From the NCBI GenBank assembly GCA_951406725.2, contig OX597840.1, positions 2,418,001-2,482,000 of the forward strand: 64,000 nt of DNA. The letters run 5' to 3'. Shown one piece after another: positions 1-19,202 of this stretch. The translations under genes were made by a program, and so were the position numbers. Numbering within the stretch: the first letter of the stretch is position 1; each line of letters opens with the position of its first letter. The notes beneath the pieces are model-generated. The model had not been told where the DNA came from. It saw only the letters and a program-made list of their open reading frames with translations, and made no database searches. Source of the DNA: Octopus vulgaris. Taxonomy: Eukaryota.

Positions 1-98
1 TTTTGCTCAAGAACACAACGTGTCGCCCGGTCCAGGAATCGAAACCACAATCTTACGATCATGATGCTGACACCCTAACCACTAAAACACGCGCTTCT
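1..98 (-). mobile_element. tRNA-derived SINE head (family C), cut by window edge
   Basis: Reverse strand has A-box-like TAGTGGTTAGG and B-box GGTTTCGATTCC, followed by CTTGAGCAA as in the copies at 6552 and 60857. Confidence 0.7.
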
Positions 99-221
99 AC
101 ATATATATGTATACATACATACATACACACATACATACATACATAAACACACTCACAAACAAACACACACACACACACTTCTATTATATATACATTTGTA
201 CGAAATCTAGTATTTACCTCA

Positions 222-293
222 TTGCAGGGAGTGGTTTCGATCTTCGGACTTTAAGGTTATAAGCCGAGCACCCACCCTCCCACCGCTTCGCTG
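222..293 (-). pseudogene. degenerate initiator tRNA-Met-like sequence
   Basis: Minus strand GTGCTCGGCTTATAACCTTAAAGTCCGAAGATCGAAACCACTCCCTGCAA resembles eukaryotic tRNA-iMet, including the initiator-type T loop GATCGAAACC; anticodon reads TAT and stems are imperfect. Confidence 0.6.
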
Positions 294-932
294 TATTCCA
301 CGAGGAATTTACACAAATACATAAAGTAAGTATTATTCCTTACATTGTCCGTTCTCGGTTACATCACTTCCATTACATCATCTATCATATGCTATTTATT
401 TATTTATTTATTAGTTATGTACTTCTTTGCGTTGAACTGTTTCAAATGTACAAAACATGGTAACTACGCAATCCCTGTTGCGGCACTGAGACGTTAATTT
501 ACTTATTGAACGGCGACATTTCACTTTAACCGATATTCCGAGAGTCACATTTGATAAAGCACATGCATAAATCATCTAAGCGTTGCAAAGTCTTCTGGGT
601 GTCTCTTCATTTACCGTTTGCAGATCAGCCAGAAAGAAATCAATTCTACTAATACTTCTCTAGCGCAGCATAGCAAACGAGCTAGACGAGATTCCTAACG
701 GCACAACTGTCGCGAAATGCTACAGTCATTAGATATGTTGCATAGAATCTCTCCCGATTGTTATGAATTACTATGCTCTGATTTCAAACCCTACCGTGGC
801 CAACACTACTTTTTTATTTTTATCTATTAAGATCCCACCCGTTCACAATTTTTCAAATTTGCATATTCAGTCTTTAATTTTCATTTTCTCAATTTTACGT
901 TTTTGCTTAGCTTCCCCTGATTTATTCACATA

Positions 933-1099
933 GGAGCAGGAGTGGATGTGTGGTAAGTAGCTTGCTTACCAACCACATGGTTTCGGGTTCAGTCCCACTG
1001 CGTGGCACCTTGGGCAAGTGTCTTCTACTATAGCCTCGGGCAGACCAAAGCCTTGTGAGTGGGTTTTGTAGAAGGTAACTGAAAGAAGCCCGTCCTTTA

Positions 1100-1140
<41 letters not shown>

Positions 1141-1375
1141 ATGTGTGCGTGTATGTTTGTGTGTCTGTGTTTGTCCCCCTAGCATTGCTTGACAACCGAA
1201 GCTGGTGGGTTTATGTCCCCGTCACTTAGCGGTTCGGCAAAAGAGACCGATAGAATAAGTACTAGGCTTACAAAGAATAAGTCCTGGGGTCGAGTTGCTC
1301 GACTAAAGACGGTGCTCCAGCATGGCCGCAGTCAACTGACTGAAACAAGTAAAAGAGTAAAAGAGTGAAAGAGTA
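933..1375 (+). mobile_element. tRNA-derived SINE family A (internal TA/TG microsatellite, AAAAGAGT tail)
   Basis: A/B boxes GTGTGGTAAG...GGTTCAGTCCC; more than 10 near-identical copies in the window. Confidence 0.9.
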
Positions 1376-2309
1376 TACAGTAATGCCTCACTATACGAGT
1401 TCATTTCCTACTGGAGACCTCTCGTAAAGCGAAAACTCGTAAAATAGAGCAATATTTTTCCATTGTAGCAGTGTTATAAATCGTAATTCGTTCCCAGAAT
1501 AACATTTTGCCTATAAGTTTTATAATACTCGTAAATAAATGGCAATAATAGAATGTAAGGAAAACATGAGTAGAATGTAAAGGATATTTAATGTAAAGTA
1601 AAAAGAATATATATAATAAAAAATATTATTATTATTATTATCGTTTTCTGAATCACTTTCTCTTACACTAGACTCACGCACACCATCACTTGTAGACGAG
1701 ATCGCCGATTCACAAGCACTCGTAGACGGACTTGAAGATTTCTTTTTAAAAAACAAATCAAGCTTTTGCTTAGAAGAAGCGTTCATTCCGTCGCTATATG
1801 CAGTTGTGTAGAATTCGTCAGAACCAATGTTTCCACATGTTGTGACGTTGCCACGCACACAACATGGCTTTATATCCTTTTTATATTTATTATAAAATAA
1901 AATTCGTATACCCGGGGTATCGTAAATCGGGTTCTTGGAAAGTGATGTATTACTGTACAGTACTTTACTCTCTTCTTTCACCTTCCCAAACGCTTCTACT
2001 AACGGAGTTACCCCCTTTTGTTTCTCTATACAGGTCCATAACTACGTTACCTGAAACACACCAGCAAATCATCCTTTCAGGTTCGCTAAAAATATAAGCT
2101 AATTCCGAGTGATGAACTGACGAAATTATCCAGGATGTCAAACTCGATGCCTTTACGTACAAAATTCCCCTCGGGATCGAAAAGAAAAAGCCCAATGCTA
2201 GGTGATAGGTTGAGGGAACACAAAAGACGTTGAAATGGGCGCCTTTTCATTTGGAATTCAAATTCTGCCATGACTTACTGGTGTGTTAGCTTTAATCTGT
2301 TGGTCAATT

Positions 2310-2778
2310 TAACACCACCAGCTGGTACGGTGTGCCGAAGAGTTCCTGGCTTAGGGTAAAAGAAAATACAGGAGGATTAGTTAACTGTGATATTATTCAA
2401 TATATTCCCCTCTCAGATTCATACACTCAGTGCAGCAGTCCTTCAGTTTTTCTAAGTCCTGTGAAAGAACACGGAATGCTGGGCCTCCAACCAGGTTTTT
2501 ATGTTCCCCTTAAAGCCAGGAGCGGTTCCACACTCTCTCGTACGCATCGTTAGTACGCTCCCTTTTGTTATAACAGTCCTGGCCAGATCACTGGCATACA
2601 GATCACTTCTCTTTACACCCACTCTTCTCAAAAGTCTTTAAAGGATCAAGGAACACACCATTTATGTTCCTGACAAAACTATCTCACCCCACCTCAGATA
2701 AAACATCCAGCGTTCTGATAAACATATTTTGAGATAAAAATAACAATGGAAACCTACGCTATACACACCCCGCCACTA
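2310..2778 (-). mobile_element. probable solo LTR
   Basis: 469-bp non-coding, higher-GC unit flanked by AATT at 2306-2309 and 2779-2782; TATA-like CATAAAAA and AATAAT on the minus strand; termini are not TG..CA. Confidence 0.45.
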
Positions 2779-3385
2779 AATTTTCAAATTGTTTGGATAA
2801 GATCACTCAGGTACTCTTATAAAATTTTACTTGTCTTCGAAAAAAAAATGGCAACGTGAAAACACTATGGAAGTTTAGCAGACAGAGAGAGAAAAAGCAC
2901 CAGATAGCAGAGAATAAGACAGACACAAGGCTTCCATAACAATACTGAACTAATTAACGACAAAGTGGTACCAACTGATTACAATGTTTTGCAAAAGTTA
3001 GCTGGAAAGCTAAAGAATTTACATCGAACTGTCTGTAATGCTAAAAATATTTTGGCAGTTAAAGAATTTGTCCATCATAGCATTTGTAATTGACACAAAT
3101 GGAATCGTTAGAATGGTTCGTACACAACCGTTTATGTGTAAACACGTTAATGGAGAGATTAGTTACTGGAGACGCCATGCCGTCTTTATAGAGGAAACAA
3201 CGGATTAGTGAGTGTGTGGTCATAGTTTAGATAACAATTAACTTATGGGATGGTCATGTTTGGAATTCGCTTTCCTAGAGAGGTACTGGATCGGGGTTGA
3301 TATGATGCTAAATAATAAAGAATACGTTCCAGAAAACAAAAATGGTAATGTGATTTGTTTATATTTTTATGGTATTCTGATGTGG

Positions 3386-3822
3386 AGTGCTGGTAGAATT
3401 GTTAGCGCGCCGAATAAAATGTTTAGTAGTATATCTTCCAGACTTACGTTATCAGTTCAAATCCTGCCACGGTCAACTTGATATTTCATTCTCTTAGGGT
3501 CGGTGAAATAAATACCATATGAGCATTGGGATCTATATAGCCGACTGCACCCCTTCCCAAAATTTTCAGGCCTGGTACCCATAATAGAAAGGGCTGTTAA
3601 TATTATCCTTAAGGTGGCAAAGTCGTTAGCACGGTGCAGGAAATGTATATCGGTACATCTTACAGTTTCGCTTCCTGAGTTCAAATTCCAACGGGTCAAC
3701 TTTGCCTTCCGTCTTTTAAAGGACGATGAACTAAATACCGGTTGAATGAGTACTGGAATCGAGATAACAGACTGAAGCCTTCCCCAACATTTCAAGCCCT
3801 GGGCCTATGATATAAAGGGTTA
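3386..3822 (+). mobile_element. two old copies of SINE family B
   Basis: Degenerate GTTCAAATTCC...GTCAACTTTGCCTT...TAAATACC motifs. Confidence 0.65.
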
Positions 3823-4050
3823 TTACCTCCGCCAAGGAAGGAGGTTATGTTTTCATCAGTGTTGGTTTGTACGTCTGTCTGTGTGCAAAATAACTGAAAA
3901 AGTCTTAAATGTTATTTGATGAAACTTTCAGGAAAAGTTGATAATGACACAAGGAAGAGTTGATTAAATTTTGGTAGTGATCCAGGAATTTTTATGGATT
4001 CTTGAAGGATTTTTCATTTGTTATATTTACTTTACATGAAGTATTTCATT
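3821..4050 (+). mobile_element. Helentron/HINE-like non-autonomous element fragment
   Basis: Starts TTATTACCTCCGCCAAGGAAGGAGGTTATGTTTTC (short inverted repeat), followed by a GTCT microsatellite, as in DINE/HINE-like elements. Confidence 0.55.
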
Positions 4051-4054
4051 GTTA

Positions 4055-4705
4055 CGTTCTTTGATTATCACCCTGGTGAGTGGTGGTGGTAGTAGTAGTG
4101 GTGGTGATGGTTGTAATGATGCCGTTGGTAGTCGTAATGATGGTAGTGGTGGATGGGTGGTGGTTGTGGCGATGGTTATGGTTGTGGTCGTGGAGGTGGT
4201 GGTGGTGAGGTTTGGTGACTGTTGGCGGTAGAGGTGGCGTTGCTGGTGATGGTGATGGTTGCGGTGCGAATGTTGTGGTGGTGTTGCCGCTTGCTACTGT
4301 ATTCTTAATGGTGACGGTGATGGTGGTGGTGGCGGCAGTGGTCTTGTTTGTGGTGGTAGTAATGACGGCGGCGGTGGCCGTATTTGTGGTGGTGGTGGTG
4401 GTGGTGGTGGTTCCGATGATCGTAATGGTGGGTGATGATAATGATAATGATGATTGTGGTAGTGGTGGTAGTGACGATGATGGTGCAGCCGCAGCAGCAG
4501 CAGCGGCGGGGGCGGGAGCAGTAGCGGCGCCAAGCGATGTGGGTATTGGTGGTTTGTAATAACGAATGTATTAACACCGATACCACCACCATTTTAATAA
4601 TGGTGGTGGCATCGGTGCTAGTAATAATGGCAACGGTAGCAAGTGTCACGATAAAGATGGTGATGGAGATACAAGGTTTATAATTAAGTGGTTGTAGTGG
4701 TTGTT
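4055..4705. repeat. GGT/GAT/GCA trinucleotide mosaic
   Basis: Direct inspection. Confidence 0.9.
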
Positions 4706-5028
4706 TTGGCAGACGCACAAACGATAATTTTGCTGATTTGGTGTTAAAATACAAAACACTATGGTAATTGCCGTGAGGGGAAGACCACTCATATGGAACT
4801 ATGGTGCACAACAGCACTCGTGTTCTCATCACTGGCGGGCTTGAGCCGTCCGCTACAGTCACCGAAACTTTGAGACTCCCAGATTTTCGCCTTCCCTGGC
4901 CTTCTCAATGGCAGACGTCCGGCTAGACATATCAGACGATTACACCCGCAGCGATATAAAGAATCTATGTATCTGTTCAAGCACTGGTGTTACAAATAGC
5001 CAGTAGGCTTATTTAAAAGTATCCAGTT

Positions 5029-5175
5029 GCGCAGGAGTGGTTTGCTTACCAACCACATGGTTCCGAGTTCAATCCCAACTGCGTGGCACCTTGGGCAAGT
5101 GTCTTCTGCTATAGCCTCGAGCCGACCAATGCTTCTTGAGTAGATTTGGTAGAAGGAAACTGAAAGAAACCTGTC

Positions 5176-5223
<48 letters not shown>

Positions 5224-5465
5224 GTGTGTATATGTTTGAATGTCTGTGTTTGTCCGTTTGTCCCCTCTAGCATTGCTTGACAACCGATGCTGGTGTGTTT
5301 ACGTCCCCATCACTTAGCGGTTCGGCAAAAGAGACCGATAGAATAAGTACTAGGCTTACAAAGAATAAGTCCCGGGGTCGATTTGCTCGACTAAAGGCGA
5401 TGCTCCAGCATGGCCGCAGTCAAATGACTCAAACAAGTAAAAGAGTAAAAGAGAGTAAAAGAGTA
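5029..5465 (+). mobile_element. SINE family A
   Basis: Near-identical to 933-1375. Confidence 0.9.
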
Positions 5466-5497
5466 ATTGCGCCAGAAACAGTATTAATATAAAAAGG

Positions 5498-5917
5498 AAA
5501 TAGCGGTGGTGTGATTCCCTTCATGGGACTCTTATATTAAGTTGACAGTATACAACTGCTCTATCGTACCACCACTGCTTATATCTCTCTGAGATATTTA
5601 GAAATGTAATATTTCTATTTTTGTAATCAGTGGATTTATTTCACTGGAATTATTATATGTTTACGAGGCCTAGACAAGCATCTGCAGCTAGTAAGCCATG
5701 CAACTCCAGACTGATGACGAGAAAGAATCAGAAACTAGTCTCTGGGTGCAGGCTTAGCTGGGTGGGGGTGCTTGTCTCCCCTTGTAAACAGAAGTACACA
5801 GGAAATGTGTCAAGGCCGACGGGAAGCGTTGATGCTTCCTAGGGCTAAATAGCGGTGGTGTGATTCCCTTCATGGGACTGTCACATTAAGTTGACAGTAT
5901 ACAACTGCTCTATAGTA
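5498..5917 (+). mobile_element. retrozyme-like element: 349-nt unit plus ~67-bp terminal redundancy, carrying a type I hammerhead ribozyme
   Basis: Direct repeat 5498-5564 / 5847-5913 (3 mismatches), offset 349; non-coding; many hairpins; HHR at 5698-5750. Confidence 0.8.
5698..5750 (+). ncRNA. type I hammerhead ribozyme (minimal, palindromic stem III)
   Basis: Stem I CCAGA(5706-10)/TCTGG(5741-45); CTGATGA 5711-17; stem II CGA..TCA (C-A mismatch at its base); GAAA 5731-34; ACTAGT stem III; GTC triplet with predicted cleavage after 5740. Confidence 0.8.
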
Positions 5918-6551
5918 TTTGTGTCCCGCTTAAAATGGATGTTGTGTTAGAACACAGACGACTGGTGTCATTGACCTGAGAGCGCCTCTCCTATGGAATT
6001 ATGGTGCATAGAAGCACTCGTGTTCACATCCCTGGCGGGCGAGAACCGTCCGCTACGACCTTCGGGAAGCCATATGAAGTTATTTCAAATTTTCTTTTCC
6101 TTGTCAGTGGTAGACTTTCCGCAAGACATAGCCACCGATTACACCGTCAGAGATGCATAGAATCTCCGTGTTCATTCATACACTGGTGTCTCAGATACAG
6201 CCAGAAGCAGTATTTATGCAAAAGGATTATGTGTATGTCAGACTCAAAGTGGCTGTTTTTTTAGAACACAAAATACAACGTTTATTTATGATGTCTGGAA
6301 ATTTATATGGACTTGTGGTACATATAAATCGCCCCTGTTTACATCGCTGGCCAGCAAGAACCGTCCGCTACGGCCGCCGGAACAAGCAGATCACATGATT
6401 TCGACATTCATTGGCCTCGTCAGTGGCAGACGTCTGATTGGTATTACTGTCATGGGCGCTAGTAACAGTGCTGAATGTCGTGTGTCAACGGAGATTAAGA
6501 AGACAATGTGACGTAGTTGGAGGTTATGATAATAGTTTCAGTAGCAGAAGT

Positions 6552-6885
6552 AGGCAAATGGCTCAGTGGTTATAGCGTCGAGCTCACAATCATGTGGTAG
6601 TGAGTTGGATTCCTGGACCAGAGTTTGTGGTGTGTTCTTGAGCAAGATACTTTATTTCACGTTGCTCCAGTTCCCTCAGCCGTAGAAATGAATTGCAATG
6701 TCACTGGTGCCAAGCTGTATCGGCCCCTTTGCCTTTCTCTTGGATAACATCGGTGCTGTGGAGTGTGGAGACTGGTATGAATGGGTGACTGTTAGCCTTC
6801 CACAAACAATCTTGCCCTGACTTGTGCTTCGATGGGGAATTTTCTAGGTACAATCCTATGGTCATTCGTGATCGAAGGAGGTCTT
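6552..6885 (+). mobile_element. tRNA-derived SINE family C
   Basis: TGGCTCAGTGGTT A-box and B-box-like GTTGGATTCC; body matches 60857-61180. Confidence 0.8.
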
Positions 6886-6889
6886 TACT

Positions 6890-10330
<3,441 letters not shown>

Positions 10331-10924
10331 CGTTGCTATTCTGTCACTATCGCATGGTCAAAATCTGATGACCAAAAACAGTAAAGGATAAACGATGAAA
10401 TATTAGCCCAATACTCAAACACCCACCACCACTAATCACCCACCACTCAACTTATTGACCAATCAAAGACCCCAGGCTCACTCAACCACTACAATCGATT
10501 CCCGTTGCCAATGAATCTCCACTCTAACACAATACCTACCACCACACTACAGACCGAGTTACCTCTCAGACACTGCATCGCCACCAGCAATCCATTCAAC
10601 GTATTTACTACTCAACCACTAGAGTCTAACGTCAACTCTAATAATAACACCACTCAGCCCCCACTCTCACTCAGTCACCACTTCCTCTCACCATCAGTCT
10701 CAGTCAACCATTGCTCCTATTCAAACATCACTCCCACTCAACCATTACTCGCACTCAACCACCATTACCCTCACTGAAACATTATTATCACTCAAACATC
10801 ACCACTCTCTCTCAAACACCACTTCCATTCAACCACCATTCCCACTCAACATCCACTTTTATTCAACCACCACTTCCACTCAACCTCCACTTATACTCAA
10901 CTACCACCTCCATTCGACCACCAC

Positions 10925-11223
10925 TTCGGCGGAATTTGATGTCAAAACCTAAAGACAGACGAAATACCGCTAAACATTTCGCCCGGCATGCTAACGTTTC
11001 TTATTTCTTTACTACCCACAAGGGACTAAACATAGAGAGGACAAACAAGGACACACAAACAGATTAAGTCGATTACATCGACCCCAGTGCATAACAAGTA
11101 CTTAATTTATCGACCCCGAAAGTATGAAAGGCAAAGTCGACCTCAGCGGAATTCGATCTCAGAACGCAGCGGCAGACGAAATACCACAAAGCATTTCGTC
11201 CGGCTTGCTAACGTTTCTGCCAG
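10925..11223 (-). mobile_element. SINE family B, tandem copies
   Basis: Core GACCCCGAAAG.ATGAAAGGCAAAGTCGACC (Meta/MESC-like central domain, by recollection) plus a tRNA head. Confidence 0.85.
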
Positions 11224-11480
11224 TTGCATCATTGCCATATATTTTATGTTGCCCGAGGCTAGCCTGAAACTTGTACTAAAAAATACACGTCTGTGGAAAG
11301 TAGACGAACTTCTGTGTAAATTTTTAAAATTACAAAGTTATAACTTGATGTGTCTGAGGTTCGGATACTTATCTATCCTTGAAATACTGAATAACACACA
11401 GAATATTAAATTGGACGTGTAATCCAAAGTTGTGCCATTGTCATACTCTCTGTGTTGCACCGATTCTAGCGTGAATCTTG

Positions 11481-11630
11481 CTTCTGAGTTCAAATTCTGC
11501 CGAGGTCAACTTCGCCTTCCATCCTTTCGGGATCGATTAAGTAAGTACCAGTTACGCACTGGAGTCGATATAATCGACTTAAACCCTTTGTCTGTCTTTG
11601 TTTGTCCCCTTATGGGCAATAAAGAAATAA
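11481..11630 (+). mobile_element. SINE family B fragment
   Basis: GAGTTCAAATTCTGCCGAGGTC...AAAGAAATA. Confidence 0.8.
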
Positions 11631-12029
11631 GATTCTATCGAGGAACTGCTGCTGCTGCTGCTGCTGCAGTTCGTACTGTTCCTGTATGCATTCTTGATAT
11701 ACTGAGTAACACACAATTTAAAGAGATGTACGTTTAAGTCTAAAGTTGCATATTTGTGATACACTTTGTATTGCACTGATTCTAAGAATTGCATTCAAAG
11801 CTACACGTGTCTGCGGAAGGTTGGAAGCTCCGTGTAACTTGAAAAACGTACCACTTATCATACAACACGATACGTTCAAGATCTTGCCTAAGAATAATAT
11901 CAAGGATAGCACGGATAGATGTTTGTGTAATAAGCAACCACGTGCAGGTGAATTCAATGAACGGGTAATTCCTTTGATCAGGCTCGTCGAATCCGACGGA
12001 GAACCATCCATTATTGCTATTGTTCTTTT

Positions 12030-15950
<3,921 letters not shown>

Positions 15951-16199
15951 TACCGTTAGCTCTCCATCTTTGTTTCAATCAAGGCAGACAGAAATCAATT
16001 ATTTTCTACGTAATTTTTTTTTAATAAGAATAAGAATATTTAAAAACCAAACCGAGAACATTCTCACCTTTTCGTTCATCATCTTCTCTCTCTCGTCCTA
16101 CCAGCTTCCTTTACACTTACCCACTTCTCCGCTTCTTTTTTTCCCTCTCTCTTCCTATCTCTTTTCCTCTTCTCTCCCTGTCTCTTTCTATTTTACTCT

Positions 16200-16540
16200 A
16201 CCCCTGATAGAATAACCACAATGAATATTGTATATCCGGTACCCCCCATTAAAATGAGGAATATGTGACCCTACGCAAAACCCAACTTTTATTTTGGTTT
16301 GCGGGAGCAACTATTTTCTCGAAGGGGCATATTATCGTGAATTGCTCGAAATGAGGAGTAGATAAACAGCCGACAACTGATGAAGGGTCGTTCTTCATGT
16401 TACTTGTCTTGTTTTCCATTTCTTTCTTTCGTTGTTTGCAAAAAAGTTTGCCTTCTTATTTCATGTTCTTTTTTGTATTTTCGATTTCAGGTTTTCGTAT
16501 TTCATGTTGTTCACGTTTTGTGACGTCCCGTACCCATATA
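16200..16540 (+). mobile_element. Penelope-like terminal (pLTR) fragment with HHR-like fold
   Basis: CTCGAAG-GGGCA..TGCTC-GAAA at 16318-16351, then CGACAACTGATGAAGGG and a T-rich tail shared with the minus-strand element at 42385-42760. Confidence 0.5.
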
Positions 16541-16790
16541 CGCATATATATATGTGTGTGTGGGTGGGTGTGTGAGTGCGTGGGTGTGTGTAAATATTCC
16601 TATATTTATTTTATCTCTTATTATATGATTGAACGCCACGCATCTATTTCGAAGTATATATATATATATATATATACATATGAGCGGCTTCGATGCAAAG
16701 ATTTTTCACTTCGTAGGGAACTATAGCATAAAATACCAAAAAGAATTGGCAAAGAATACAACATACAAAAAACATACATACATACACACA

Positions 16791-16859
<69 letters not shown>

Positions 16860-17020
16860 GCATACATACACATACATATTAAAAAAATATACGTATATAT
16901 ATACTTTATTTATTCATTCATTTATTAGATTTTGCTAATCATGACTGAGAAATTAGAGATAATATTACAATTTCACGTTATCATAATATATTACCCAGGA
17001 GGAAAATTAATTTCAAAATA

Positions 17021-17092
<72 letters not shown>

Positions 17093-17370
17093 GTGTGTGT
17101 ATATATATATACACACAAATATATGTATGTATGTCATTATTTATGTGTGTATATACTACAATCAGTCTTTCTGAGGATTAGTCTATCAGCAACCTTTTCA
17201 ACACGCTTGTATATATAGGTATACCCACGCATATATAGTTATTTGTATATGTATTCATATGTTATATGAGTGTTAATGAAGGTGCAATATTTATTACACA
17301 ACTGATAAGATTATGAACAGTTTTTAAACGAATGGAATAAAGGTCTACTCTCTCAATACATATAGAAACA

Positions 17371-17420
<50 letters not shown>

Positions 17421-18046
17421 CACATACACAGATTGTGTGAGAAAGAGAAAGGTTAAATTATATTTTATGAGCAAGTACAAGCTGTATAATTAAAATCAAA
17501 ATGAGACTTGGGCAAAAATATCAGTTTCCAATGCTTTGAATTCAGAAACCATAGAAGCAATGAGGATATGTTAATACTACATACTTACCATACTAGTGGA
17601 ACGCATCAACTTCACTAGAATTTCATATTAAAAGACTATTAAGAGATTCATACTATAAACATATATTACAAGAAGGAATAATCTTGTACTTTGAGGGGAT
17701 TATTAATTATAAGCCGAATAACGTTATATTACTTTCGGAATAGGATTTTATTAGAAAAAATGCAATTAGGAAATGCTTTTAATAAAACATAACGAAACCT
17801 TATTAAGTATGTTAATATCATGCTGATAGAGACTCGAAATAGAAGACATAATTAAACTAGAAGTGCAAATGAACTGTAGTCCCTTAGTTGAAATTATAGT
17901 AGCATAGAAGACCTTCACGTCGAAAGGTCAAACTACAGGCTTACTGTGGCAACCCAAGACCAATGTTTGAACAAAGATATGTTAGACTTATGCTCAGATT
18001 ATAGTGACACTCTCAAAGGCGTCCAGACAGAATCTGACAACTTTTA

Positions 18047-18445
18047 TACTCTCTTTTACTTGTTTCAGTCATTTGACTGCGGCCATGCTGGAGCACCGCC
18101 TTTAATCGAGCAACTCGACCCCGGGACTTATTCTTTTGTAAGCCCAGTACTTATCCTATCGGTTCTTTTGCCGAACCGCTAAGTAACGGGGACACAAACA
18201 CACCAGCATCGGTTGTCAAGCAATGCTAGGGGGACAAACACAGATACACAAACACACACACCCGTATATATATACATATATACGACGGGCTTCTTTCAGT
18301 TTCCATCTACCAAATCCACTCACAAGGCTTTGGTCAGCCCTAGGCTATAGCAGAAGACACTTGCCCAAGGTGCCACGCAGTGGGACTGAACCCGGAACCA
18401 TGTGGTTGGTAAACAGGCTACTTATCACACAGCCACTCCTGCGCC
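18047..18445 (-). mobile_element. SINE family A
   Basis: Reverse complement of the 933-1375 consensus. Confidence 0.9.
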
Positions 18446-18514
18446 TTATATGTTTTTATTCATTTTTTTTCAGAAACAGCCTAATGTATTGGTGAACAGT
18501 CAACCGTGCTGGAG

Positions 18515-18863
18515 AGACTTTGCCTTTCATCCTTTCAGGGTAGATAAATTAAATACCAGTTGCTTACTGGGCTCCATATAATCGATTGGACCCCTCCCAA
18601 AAATCTGAGGACTTGTGCCTAGTGTAGAAAAGAATATTTATTTCTTTACTACCCACAAAGGGCTAAACACAGAGAGGACAATCAAGGGCAGACAAACAGA
18701 TGAAGTTTGTTATATCAACCCCAGCGCGTAACTGGTACTTATTTAATCTACCTCGAAAGGATGAAAGGCAAAGTTGACCTCGGCGGAATTTGAACTCAGA
18801 ACGTACGGCAGACGAAATACGGCTACGCATTCTGCCCCGGCGTGCTAATGTTTCTGCCAGCTC
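18515..18863. mobile_element. two SINE family B copies, tail-to-tail
   Basis: Old plus-strand copy at 18515-18637 and minus-strand copy at 18638-18863. Confidence 0.8.
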
Positions 18864-19202
18864 GAATATTGAGCCAGGATCTGCAGTTTTATTCTCTAAC
18901 TCAGCCCCTTGCTTTCTATTACTCGGAAACACGGGTCCGAGTCCCTTAAACCCTAGCACGTGACTTAGTGTTGTTCGACTATCATGCAGGGAGCCTTGCA
19001 ACATTCGGCAGGGAACCTATTCAGTGCATGCTGGAGAACACCTTCTGACAGTCAGAAGTAACTCAATTCCAGAAATGATTTCCCAGGGCAGCACAGAAAA
19101 CGGGCTTGCTACTTAATCTTCTCTGCCAAAGATCAAATTAATAATTACTCTTCATCTATACACATTAGTGAAAACAACAGTTTCTCAAAGAATCTTTGAT
19201 AT

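Larger units (their letters stand above)
4730..6445 (-). repeat. degenerate ~315-bp tandem array (3 units) with hammerhead-like cores, interrupted by a SINE and a second HHR element
   Basis: Shared blocks TATGGA..TGGT.CA and CCGTCCGCTAC at 4846, 6046 and 6361; minus-strand cores TTGAGAA..GAAA (4885-4908), CTGACAA..GAAA (6083-6107) and CTGACGA-GGC..GTC-GAAA (6399-6423). Confidence 0.7.

Noticed and set aside
624-698. Possible plus-strand terminal exon ISQKEINSTNTSLAQHSKRARRDS*
   Set aside because: Only an acceptor-like site supports it
922-1185. Recurrent ORFs such as ...LWSARGYSRRHLPKVPRSGTEP... and MRNWYLIYRPRKDERQSR
   Set aside because: Chance frames in multicopy SINEs, not a gene family
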